DNA from: Gemmatimonadota bacterium
Lineage (GTDB): Bacteria; Gemmatimonadota; Gemmatimonadetes; Gemmatimonadales; JACORV01
Assembly: GCA_041484135.1 (NCBI GenBank)
Contig: JBGPHD010000001.1
Coordinates: 844-64,843 of the forward strand
Length of the DNA: 64,000 nt
Reading direction: 5' to 3'
The notes beneath the pieces are model-generated. The model worked only from the letters and a program-made list of their open reading frames with translations. It was not told the DNA's origin and searched no databases. The stretch's first letter is position 1, and each line of letters opens with the position of its first letter. The position numbers and the translations under genes are program-made. Below are positions 17,832 through 26,594 of the stretch, one piece after another.

Positions 17832-20053
17832 AACCGCACCTCGATGGGTTCGTCCATGCGCCCGCGCGCGGCCTCGTTCCCGTTCACGCGCACCAGCAAC
17901 CGGTCCGCCTCGCGGATGACGTCCACCACGGCCCCCTGCATCGGCAGCCCCAGCGCCTCGAAACCGTCCAGCGGCAGCGGCATGGGATCCACCACGCACC
18001 GGCCCTCGGCGGCGGGCCTGAGCCCGATCACGTACGACACGACGAGGTCGTTCACCCACGAGTGCTGATGATCGTCGATGCCGCGGTACGCGGACGGCCG
18101 GCCCGTCACCGGATGGTAGTGCTCGAAACCGTTGGGCCGCGCCATGTCCCCGTCCCAGAACATCATCCGCACGAACTTGCTCAGGAACTCCGCCAGGTGC
18201 GCGCGCAGCGCCGGCAGGTGCTCCCGCGCGACCCGCGCGATCGCCTCGGCGATGTGGCTGTTCGTCATCGGCCAGACGCGCCCGTTCCCCGGGGCGTCGT
18301 GCCGCCTGCCCTTCCACGCCCCGCCCGCGTCGTACAGCGGATCGGTGCCGCTGGTCGACGGCACCGGGAACGGCTTCCAGAACTGCCGGGGGTCGAAGAG
18401 GTGCTGCACGAACCCCGCGAGGTAGTCGGGCATGATGAGATCCGTGGCGTACGGAAGGAACGCGACCGCCGAGCGCGCCGCCGTCCGCCGCCCGGTGGCG
18501 GCGTTGACGTCGCTGAACATCCCGGCCCTCGCGTCCCACATCTTCTTGCGGACCGCCGTCGCCACCAGCTCGGCGTGGGCCCGCCAGCGCTCGCCGTCGA
18601 GCCCCGCCCGCGGCGCGAGCCGCGCCAGGACGCGGAAGAGCCGGTACGCGTAGGTGGTCGCGTCCACGCCCTTGAGCCGCAGGCGCCCCTCGCCGGCGCC
18701 GCGGTCGGCGTCCGGGTCCACGGCCAGGAAGCGGGAGCCCGCCGCCTGCCCCGTCTCGTCACGGTCCACCACGTCGGTGAGCCCGGAGCCCTCGCGATCG
18801 CACGCGGACCGGAGCCACTCCGCATAACGCTCGAGCACCGGCACCGCCTCGCGCAGGAACGCGTCGCTGGGATGCACCGCGTCGAGCGCGAGGAGCGCAC
18901 CGCCCCAGTCCGCGTGACAGGCGTCCGTCCCCTCCAGCGGGCCGGCGTGGACGCTGGCCGGGAGCGATCCGTCGGGACGCTGATGCGCCAGGAAGGTGCG
19001 CAGCACGCCGCGCGCCCACTCGGGGTCGCGCGACCAGCGGAGCTCGCGCACGTGGGCCGGCGCGCTGTACGCGTGGGCCTGGTGGCGATCGGCGATCCCC
19101 TCGGCCACCGTCGGCGCCAGGTAGTGACCCCATCCCGGCGCGATGCCGTTCAGGCGCAGGCCGTACCATCGGTACGCCCAGTAGCGCTCGAAGTACGGGT
19201 CCGAGCAGCGGAATCGCGGCACGCTCTCGAAGTACTCCTGCCAGGAGGCCTTGCTGGCCGCGGCGAACGAGGACGCCTTGCGCGGCGGGCCCGGGTCGGC
19301 CCGCGGGGCCGACGAGGCGAGGGCCGGCTCGACCCGCAGCGCCACCGCGAGGCGCGCCGCGCCGCCCGGCGGGATCTCGATGGCGCGATGCACCCCGAGG
19401 TACGCCAGCCCGCCCGGCCCGCCGCCGTCGAGCGCGGCCTTGCTGGCCAGCCCGCCGCGGGTGGGATCCCAGCGATCCCAGAACGGCGTGTACCGGAACC
19501 GCGGGTGGTCGGCCGTGGCGTCGGAGCGGATCGCGCCCCAGCTGTCGGTGCCGCGCGCCAGCGCGAGCTGGAGACGCGCCGTGAGCGCGTGCCCGTCCCG
19601 GTCCCTGAGGACCCGCGGCCACTCCAGCTCCGCGCCCGTCCATACCACGTCGGCGCCGGTGAGCTCCGCGCCGGGCGCGGTCGTCCACGCGACGGCGTGC
19701 ACCGTCATCGGGATGACGCCGAGGTTCACGAGCTGCCACTCGCTGCCGAGGACGAAGCCCGGCAGGACCATGCGCGTCTCGATCACGTCGAGACCCGCGC
19801 TGCTCTTGTAGGGCACCTCGAGCGCCGCCGGCGTCCAGCGCCGCGTGCCCGGCTGCAGGACGATCTCCCGGCCCGCCTCGTCCACAAAGCCCACGGTGAA
19901 GAGCGGGGCCAGCGGATACTCGAACAGGTGCGCCTCGTCCCAGAATCCCGGCGCGTCGAGCCAGACCGGGAAGGGCGGCGCCCAGATGAGCCCCTCCCCC
20001 GCCGACAGGTACCACTTGTCCCCGCGCGCCAGCAGCTCGAGCGGGTCGCTCAC
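17828..20053 (-). CDS. GH63/MGH1-like (trehalase-like) six-hairpin glycoside hydrolase
   Basis: The frame is open to 20305. Start taken as GTG 20053 (GGAG 7 nt upstream; 26 nt after the kinase stop). 741 aa. YWAYRWYGLRLN, RPDGSLPASV, GRVWPMTNSHIAEAI, FEHYHPVTG. No signal peptide. Confidence 0.7.
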   Translation of the reverse strand: MSDPLELLARGDKWYLSAGEGLIWAPPFPVWLDAPGFWDEAHLFEYPLAPLFTVGFVDEAGREIVLQPGTRRWTPAALEVPYKSSAGLDVIETRMVLPGFVLGSEWQLVNLGVIPMTVHAVAWTTAPGAELTGADVVWTGAELEWPRVLRDRDGHALTARLQLALARGTDSWGAIRSDATADHPRFRYTPFWDRWDPTRGGLASKAALDGGGPGGLAYLGVHRAIEIPPGGAARLAVALRVEPALASSAPRADPGPPRKASSFAAASKASWQEYFESVPRFRCSDPYFERYWAYRWYGLRLNGIAPGWGHYLAPTVAEGIADRHQAHAYSAPAHVRELRWSRDPEWARGVLRTFLAHQRPDGSLPASVHAGPLEGTDACHADWGGALLALDAVHPSDAFLREAVPVLERYAEWLRSACDREGSGLTDVVDRDETGQAAGSRFLAVDPDADRGAGEGRLRLKGVDATTYAYRLFRVLARLAPRAGLDGERWRAHAELVATAVRKKMWDARAGMFSDVNAATGRRTAARSAVAFLPYATDLIMPDYLAGFVQHLFDPRQFWKPFPVPSTSGTDPLYDAGGAWKGRRHDAPGNGRVWPMTNSHIAEAIARVAREHLPALRAHLAEFLSKFVRMMFWDGDMARPNGFEHYHPVTGRPSAYRGIDDHQHSWVNDLVVSYVIGLRPAAEGRCVVDPMPLPLDGFEALGLPMQGAVVDVIREADRLLVRVNGNEAARGRMDEPIEVRL

Positions 20054-20078
20054 CGCGGGGCTCCGTCGCGCGCCGGAC

Positions 20079-23000
20079 TCACGGCCGCACGCCGAGCGCG
20101 ACCAGGGCCGAGCGCGCCGAGTCGCGGACCGCCGTCCACGGGGGCTCCGCGTAGAAGAGGAGATCCTGCGCCCGGCGGAAGTAGCGCGTCGCGCCCTCGG
20201 TGTCACCGTGCGCGGCGAGGAGTCTCCCGTGCAGCAGCCACGCGGGTCCGCGCACGACCTGGTCCGCGAACGCGGCGAGGAAGTCCTGCGCTTCGAGGAG
20301 CGCAAAAGCGCCGGCCGTGTCCGCCGCGGCCAGCCTGAGCCGCGTCAGGCGGAAGCGCGGGATCGTCTGCGCGAAGAGCAGCGTGAACGGCGCGCGCGCG
20401 GGATCCAGGGCATTGAGGCCCGCCGCGTACGCCGCCTTGGCCCGCGCGGTGTCCCCTTCCGCCTCCGCGATCCTCCCCGCCAGCGCCGAGCGCAGGCCGC
20501 CCACGGCGGGCGGGCCCGTGCGCGCGAGACCCTCGAGCGCGTTGAGCTGCGCGCGCGCCGCCGCGATGTCGCCCCGCTCGACGGCCACCGCGCCCGCGAG
20601 CCAGAGATCGGCGGCGCGCTCCTTGGCGTCGGCGGGCGGGGCCGACAGCCGGGTGCGGACCGCGCGCGATGCCGCGTCCGCCGTTCCATACCCGAGCAGG
20701 AACGCCCAGGAGTGCACCGGCTGCAGCTCCGCTTCGCCGGGCTGCGCGGTCGTGTGCCCGGCGAGCCGCTGCTCGGCATCCCGCCAGCGCCCCTGGGACA
20801 GCAGCGCAGCCACCAGGAAGCGCGCGCCTTCGCTGCGCACCCTGGGGTCGCGGCCCCTGCGGGTCATCTCCTCGAGCGCGAGCTGCGCGCTGGCCAGATC
20901 GGCGCGGTCGCGCGCCGTCTGCGCGCCGGAGATCGCGCCGAACTCGAGCACCCTGTCGGCGAAGGTGCCCACCCGCGCCAGCATCGCGCGCTTCTCGCCC
21001 GTGGTGCCGAACAGCACGACCCGCCCGATCGCCAAGGTGCGGCCGATGGGCGACGTCGAGTCCGCGGCCAGGTAGCGGCGGATGTGTTCTTCCGCGTCGG
21101 TCCGTCGGTCGAGCCAGAGGTCGAGCGAGACGAGGTGCATCACCGCCGGCGCCGCGTCGGGCCACAGCTCCAGCGCGCGGTTGAACGCCGAGACGGCGGA
21201 GTCCGGTGGCAGGCCCGCCTGCGCGCCGAAGTGGTAGCGGACCTCGCCGAGGGCGAACCAGCCGTCGAGGAACGTGGAGTCCTCCGCCACGATGCGGCGC
21301 AGCTGGTCTTCGGCCTCCGCCACGCGGCCGCTGTCGAAGAGCATGAGGTAGGCGGCGATGAGCCGGCCCTCGAGGGACCCCACCCGCGGGAGGACGCCCT
21401 TCACCCCGCGCACCGCCTCGCGCACCCGGTCCTCCGTCGGCTCCTGCTGGAGGTCCGCCAGGAATCGCTTGTACCGGGCCGGTGCGAAGGTGGAGTCGAG
21501 CGCCAGGACGCGGTCGTACTCGCGCACCGCCGCCGCGTAGTCCGCGCGGCGGAAGGCGTCGTCGGCGGCGTCGAAGGCGCGCACCGCTTCCAGCGACGCG
21601 GGCGCCTGGCTGGCGCCGCCGGCGAGGCCGAGTTCGCGTCCCGCGCGGCCCTGCGTCAGGCGCAGCACCACGGAGTCGGCGACCGCGAGGTCGAGCCCGG
21701 GCGCGACGAGGCGGCCCAGGTCGAGGGCGTGCCCGGTCGCCACTTCCACCAGCCGGAGCTGGACCTCCCGGCCGGCGCCGGACCGGCCGACGAAGCCGTG
21801 CAGGATCCACGACGCGCCGGCCCGCCGTGCCGCCGCGCGCACCTCCGCCGACGCGGGGTCGCCGCCCGGCGGCGCGAAGACCCGCGGATCGGCGACCCGC
21901 ACCGCGGTGAAGCCGCCTAACTGATACCGGAGCAGCGGGAGGAGCGAGTCCGCCGCCGCCGTGTCGCCATCGAAGCGCATGATGGCGATGCCGTGCGTGG
22001 CCGGCCCCGCCGCCGCCGGGGTCGGCCCGGCGCGACCCTTGGCGAGCACGCCCATCCGGATGGCCGCCGCCACCACCACCCCGGCCGCCGCGACGCCCCA
22101 CCAGAGCCGGTGCCGCCAGGGCACGCCCCCGGCCGCCGATCGGGCCGCGAACGGCTCCAGCGCCGCGAGCAGCGCGTCCACGCTCGGCCAGCGGTCCTCG
22201 CGCCGCGGCGCGACCGCGCGCGCCACCACTTCCGCGAGCCCGTCAGGCAGGTCCGGCCGCAGGCGGCGGGTCGCGCGCCGCGCCTCCGACGTCGCGATGG
22301 GCCAGCCGCCGGAGTCCTGGTCCTCGAGCCGCTTCCCCGTCAGCATCTCGAACGCCACCACGCCCAGCGCGTACACGTCGACCCGCCCGTCCACGTCGGA
22401 CGTGCCGGCCGCCTGCTCGGGCGCCATGTAGCCCGGCGTCCCGATCGCCACGCCCGAATGCGTCATCCGCTCGGCCGCCGCGGCCCGCGAGATGCCGAAG
22501 TCGGCCACCAGCGCGCGGCCGCCCTCACGCTCGAGCAGGATGTTCTGCGGCTTGATGTCGCGGTGCACCACGCCCTGCCGGTGCGCGTAGGCGAGCGCGC
22601 TCCCCACCTCGCGCATCACGCGCAGCGCCTCGGCCACCGGGAGCGCCCCCGCCTTGATGCGCTCGGCGAGCGATTCACCCTCGACGTAGGCCATGGCGAA
22701 GTAGGGAGTGCCCATGTCGCCCCCGGCGCCGTACACCGGGACGATGTGCGGATGCGAGAGCCGCGCCGCCGTCTCGGCTTCGCGCCGGAACCGCTCGACG
22801 CTCGCCGGACGCATCGCATCGAGGGCGGGCAGCACCTTCAGCGCGGCGAGCCGGCCCAGCTTGCGGTCACGGCCGAGGAAGACCCACCCCATCCCGCCGC
22901 GGCCGATCTCGCTCACCACCTCGTACTCGGCCCGCGCCGCATCGGCCAGGCGTGCGCGCACCGTGTCGCGCGCCTCCCGCTCGTCGGTCCCGGTGAGCGA

Positions 23001-23087
23001 CGCGGCGACGGGCGCCCCGCATGCCGGGCACGTGCCGGCCCACGGCGTGAGGGACGCGCCGCATCGCGTGCAGTTGGTGGTCGTCAT
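20079..23087 (-). CDS. Ser/Thr protein kinase with N-terminal zinc ribbon, one TM and C-terminal TPR-like region
   Basis: 1002 aa. CTRCGASLTPWAGTCPACG. Hanks motifs GRGGMGWVF, AALKVL, HRDIKPQNILL, DFGIS, GTPGYMAPE. TM LWWGVAAAGVVVAAAI. Confidence 0.9.
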   Translation of the reverse strand: MTTTNCTRCGASLTPWAGTCPACGAPVAASLTGTDEREARDTVRARLADAARAEYEVVSEIGRGGMGWVFLGRDRKLGRLAALKVLPALDAMRPASVERFRREAETAARLSHPHIVPVYGAGGDMGTPYFAMAYVEGESLAERIKAGALPVAEALRVMREVGSALAYAHRQGVVHRDIKPQNILLEREGGRALVADFGISRAAAAERMTHSGVAIGTPGYMAPEQAAGTSDVDGRVDVYALGVVAFEMLTGKRLEDQDSGGWPIATSEARRATRRLRPDLPDGLAEVVARAVAPRREDRWPSVDALLAALEPFAARSAAGGVPWRHRLWWGVAAAGVVVAAAIRMGVLAKGRAGPTPAAAGPATHGIAIMRFDGDTAAADSLLPLLRYQLGGFTAVRVADPRVFAPPGGDPASAEVRAAARRAGASWILHGFVGRSGAGREVQLRLVEVATGHALDLGRLVAPGLDLAVADSVVLRLTQGRAGRELGLAGGASQAPASLEAVRAFDAADDAFRRADYAAAVREYDRVLALDSTFAPARYKRFLADLQQEPTEDRVREAVRGVKGVLPRVGSLEGRLIAAYLMLFDSGRVAEAEDQLRRIVAEDSTFLDGWFALGEVRYHFGAQAGLPPDSAVSAFNRALELWPDAAPAVMHLVSLDLWLDRRTDAEEHIRRYLAADSTSPIGRTLAIGRVVLFGTTGEKRAMLARVGTFADRVLEFGAISGAQTARDRADLASAQLALEEMTRRGRDPRVRSEGARFLVAALLSQGRWRDAEQRLAGHTTAQPGEAELQPVHSWAFLLGYGTADAASRAVRTRLSAPPADAKERAADLWLAGAVAVERGDIAAARAQLNALEGLARTGPPAVGGLRSALAGRIAEAEGDTARAKAAYAAGLNALDPARAPFTLLFAQTIPRFRLTRLRLAAADTAGAFALLEAQDFLAAFADQVVRGPAWLLHGRLLAAHGDTEGATRYFRRAQDLLFYAEPPWTAVRDSARSALVALGVRP

Positions 23088-23140
23088 CAGCCTAGAGATT
23101 TACGACAGGAAAGCTGGTGCAGCCAGTCGCATTGCCCGCC

Positions 23141-24262
23141 CTAGGGCACGAAGATGCGGCGGATGACGTGATGGCCGGCATCGGCGGCGTAGAGGAATCC
23201 CTGGGCCTGGGCCAGCCCGGCCGGCACCGACGTGGTGGTGAGCCCCGCCTCCAGGAGGTCGGGCCCGATCACCGAGTCGCCGTTCCCCATGAAGGTGCTG
23301 ATCCGTCCCGACGCGAGCTGGATGGCCCGTACGCGGCGGTTCTCGCGATCGGCCACGAGCAGGACCTGGCCCACCAGCACGATGCGGACCGGTTGGTTGA
23401 ACTGGCCCGACAGCGCCGGCCCGCCGTCGCCCCCGAAGGCCGCCAGCCCGCTCCCGGCCACGGTGGAGATGCGGCCGTCGGCGGCGACGTGCCGGATCAC
23501 CTGGTTCCCGGTGTCGGCGACGTACAGCTCGCCGTTGACCACCGCGACGCCGCGCGGCGCGAAGAGCCGCGCGCTCACGGCCGCGCCGCCGTCGCCGCTG
23601 TATCCGCCTTCGCCGCGCCCCACCGCGGGCCGTACCGTGAATTCCCCGGTCGCCCCGTCCCGCGCGATCGACACGATCCGGTGGTTGGCGACCTCCGCCA
23701 CGTAGACCGTTCCGTCCGTTCCCACCGCGATGTCGTCGGGCTCGCTCGTCGGCGCGGTGCGGGCCACGGCGCCGGAATCCGCGAGGCCGCGCACGCCGGT
23801 CCCGAAGAAGGGCCGCGCCGAATCCGCCAGGAGGTCGATCAACCACACCGCGTGTTCCCGCGAGTCCACGACGAGCAGCGAATCGCCGCTGGGGAAGGCG
23901 GCGATGGCGCTGGGCAGCTGGAAGCAGAGAGCGCGCGCGGGGACGGGGGCGAGCACGGTCTGGAGGCAGCCCGCCTCCCCGGCCACGATGCGCTCGGTCC
24001 CGGTCGCCGTCACGACGCGCACCACGCGGTTGCCGGTGTCCGCGATGTACAGCGTTCCCCCCGGCAGCGCGGCGATGCCCGACGGATCGGCGAGCGCCTC
24101 GCTGCGCGCGTCCCCCTCCGCGGCGCCGAGTCCGGACTCGCCCGGCACGCCCGCGACGACGCGCGCGAGGCCCGGCTGGTCCCCCACCACGATCTCGGTG
24201 GGACCGCAGGCCGGCAGCAGCGCCGCGAGCGCCAGGGCTACGGCGAGAGGTCGACGGTCCAT
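23141..24262 (-). CDS. NHL-repeat lipoprotein
   Basis: Trimmed to the ATG at 24262, giving MDRRPLAVALALAALLPACGP. Six NHL-like blades (GTLYIADTGNRVVRVV, GTVYVAEVANHRIVSI, GELYVADTGNQVIRHV, and others). Overlaps the upstream gene by 25 nt. Confidence 0.8.
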   Translation of the reverse strand: MDRRPLAVALALAALLPACGPTEIVVGDQPGLARVVAGVPGESGLGAAEGDARSEALADPSGIAALPGGTLYIADTGNRVVRVVTATGTERIVAGEAGCLQTVLAPVPARALCFQLPSAIAAFPSGDSLLVVDSREHAVWLIDLLADSARPFFGTGVRGLADSGAVARTAPTSEPDDIAVGTDGTVYVAEVANHRIVSIARDGATGEFTVRPAVGRGEGGYSGDGGAAVSARLFAPRGVAVVNGELYVADTGNQVIRHVAADGRISTVAGSGLAAFGGDGGPALSGQFNQPVRIVLVGQVLLVADRENRRVRAIQLASGRISTFMGNGDSVIGPDLLEAGLTTTSVPAGLAQAQGFLYAADAGHHVIRRIFVP

Positions 24263-25383
24263 ACGTCCTGGTTGCCGGCGGCCCGCGATACGTACGCGGC
24301 GCGACGCCCGTCCAGCGACACGGCGGGCTCGGCGGCGCCGGCGGTTCCCGGGATCAGCTGTTCGATACCGGTGGTGAGGTCGATCAGCACGAGACCGGTG
24401 CCGCGGCGGACGAGCAGCGCGTTCGACGACGGCATCCAGGCCGCCTCCTCGCCCGGCCCCACCCGCGTCAGGCCCGAGCCGTCGGGCGCGACCACCCACA
24501 CGTCCGGTTCGACCGTGGTGTAGGTCGTGTGGCTCGCGTAGCAGGCCCGGGCACCGAGGAAGATGAAGACGCACGCGCTGGTGCGAACGCTATCCCGCGC
24601 GTAATGCGCGAACGCGATGCGCGCGCCGTCCGGCGACCAGTGCGGGAAGCCGGCGTCGCTCAGCCCCGGGATCATGACGAGTGCGTCGGTGCTCGCCTCC
24701 CAGATCCACAGCGCGTTCCCGTCGCTGACCACGAGACGCGTCCCGTCGGGCGACCACGACGGCCCGAACGCGGCCGCGCGGTCGTCGCGGCGCCGGGCGA
24801 AGATAGGATTGAAGATGACGCGCACCAGACCCAGCCCCAGCGAATCGGCGTACTCGATCCCGTACAGCGTGAGGCTGAGCGTCGGCAGCCCTGACGCCGA
24901 TCGCAACGGGACCGGAAGGTCCACGAGCACGACCTCGAGATCGGACACCGAGGGCCATGGGTCCGTGCCGCACGGGCAGAGCGCCCCGGCGGTGAACAAG
25001 AACCCGACCCCGGCCCGCGTCCCGACCGGCGCACGCTCAACGGGGAGGGCCTCCGTGCCGAAGGGCGACGCGTACCCCGGGGCTTCTTCGACCGCGGTGC
25101 CGCCTCCGACCGGTACCGTCACGCGCAACCACTGGCCGGGCGCCGCGGGCGGGAGCCCGCGCGTCGCGTACGAGACGGCCTTCCCGTCGGCGGACCAGAT
25201 CGGCGTGACGTCGGGTCCGAGATTGTAGGTCAGGCGGCGGAAGCCGCCACCGGTCACGAACCTGGGCTTGGGCGCGACGAACCCGTCGTCGGAGGCGCCG
25301 CACGCCGCCGCACTCACGGCGAGGAGAAGCAGGACGCCTCGGCGAGCCGCCGAGGCGTGATGGGAAAGCCGTTGATGACGCAA
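24238..25383 (-). CDS. PD40/TolB-like beta-propeller lipoprotein (copy 1)
   Basis: 381 aa. TTG start, signal LLLLAVSAAACG. Repeated SPDG/SADG blade motifs (WSPDGTRLVV, HWSPDGARIAFA). Confidence 0.75.
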   Translation of the reverse strand: MRHQRLSHHASAARRGVLLLLAVSAAACGASDDGFVAPKPRFVTGGGFRRLTYNLGPDVTPIWSADGKAVSYATRGLPPAAPGQWLRVTVPVGGGTAVEEAPGYASPFGTEALPVERAPVGTRAGVGFLFTAGALCPCGTDPWPSVSDLEVVLVDLPVPLRSASGLPTLSLTLYGIEYADSLGLGLVRVIFNPIFARRRDDRAAAFGPSWSPDGTRLVVSDGNALWIWEASTDALVMIPGLSDAGFPHWSPDGARIAFAHYARDSVRTSACVFIFLGARACYASHTTYTTVEPDVWVVAPDGSGLTRVGPGEEAAWMPSSNALLVRRGTGLVLIDLTTGIEQLIPGTAGAAEPAVSLDGRRAAYVSRAAGNQDVWTVDLSP

Positions 25384-25447
25384 GAGGCTAGTGTACTTCT
25401 TCCGCCGCGCCCCAGCAAGCGCGCCACACCATGAGACCGAAACAACG

Positions 25448-26593
25448 CTACGGCGAGATCTCCACCGTCCAGACGTCCTGGTTGCCGGTGGCCCGCGACA
25501 CGTACGCCGCGAGACGCCCGTCCGCCGACACCGCGGGCTCGGCGGCCCCGGCGGTTCCCGCGATCGGCTGCTCGATGCCGGTCGTGAGATCGATCAGCAC
25601 GAGACCGGTGCCGCGGCGCACGAGCAGCGCGTTGGAGGACGGCAGCCAGGCCGCCTCCTCGCCCAGCCCGACCCGCGTGAGGCCCGAGCCGTCGGGCGCG
25701 ACGACCCACACGTCCGGAGCGATGGTAAAGGTGGTCGTCGTGCGCGCGCGGCACACGATGTCACCCTGGAAGATGAAGGTGCAGAAGTTGGTGCGCACGG
25801 TGTCGCGTGCATAGTGCGCGAAGGCGATGCGCGTGCCGTCCGGCGACCAGTGCGGGAAGCCCGCGTCGCTGACGCCCGGCACAGGCTGGAGCGCGGCAGT
25901 GCCAGGCTCCCAGATCCACAGCCGGTCGCCGTCGCTCACGACGACGCGGCTCCCGTCAGGCGACGTGGACGGCCCGAAAGCGGCCGCGCGGTCGTCGCGG
26001 CGCCGCGTGAAGACCGGGTTGAAGAGGATGGTGTAGAGCGGGTCCCCGAGCGAGTCCGCCACCTGGCGTCCGGCCAGCGTCAGGTTGAGCGTCGGCAGCG
26101 ACGACCCCGACCGGGGCGGGCCCGCGAGGTCCACCGCCGTGACCACGAGGGTGGACACCGTCGGCCACGGGTCCGTGCCGCACGCGCAGTCCTTGCCCGC
26201 GGGGACCATGAACGCGACCGCCGCTTGCGTCCCGATCAGCGCGTGCACGGCCGACAGCGCCTCGGTGCCGAACACCGGCCGGTAACCCGGGGCGTCCTCG
26301 ACGGCGGTGCCGCCCTCGGCTGGCACGGCCGCGCGCAACCACTGATCCGACGGGGCGGGTGGCAGTCCCAGGGTCACGTACGAGAGTGTCCGCCCGTCGG
26401 CCGCCCAGGTGGGCGAGAGATCAGGACCGGAGTTGTACGTGAGGCGCCGGAAGCCGCCGCCGAGCGGGAACCGGGGTTGAGCGACGACGAGCGCGTCGTC
26501 GGAGGTGCGGCACGAAGCCGTGCCGAGCGCGAGGAGCAACAGCAGACGCCGGCGCGTCGCCAAGGCTTGACAGAACAGGCGGAAAGAGCGCAA
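25448..26593 (-). CDS. PD40/TolB-like beta-propeller lipoprotein (copy 2)
   Basis: 381 aa paralog of the gene 1210 nt downstream. Signal RRRLLLLLALGTASC. TTG at 26593, or an inner TTG at 26563. Confidence 0.75.
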   Translation of the reverse strand: MRSFRLFCQALATRRRLLLLLALGTASCRTSDDALVVAQPRFPLGGGFRRLTYNSGPDLSPTWAADGRTLSYVTLGLPPAPSDQWLRAAVPAEGGTAVEDAPGYRPVFGTEALSAVHALIGTQAAVAFMVPAGKDCACGTDPWPTVSTLVVTAVDLAGPPRSGSSLPTLNLTLAGRQVADSLGDPLYTILFNPVFTRRRDDRAAAFGPSTSPDGSRVVVSDGDRLWIWEPGTAALQPVPGVSDAGFPHWSPDGTRIAFAHYARDTVRTNFCTFIFQGDIVCRARTTTTFTIAPDVWVVAPDGSGLTRVGLGEEAAWLPSSNALLVRRGTGLVLIDLTTGIEQPIAGTAGAAEPAVSADGRLAAYVSRATGNQDVWTVEISP

Positions 26594-26594
26594 G

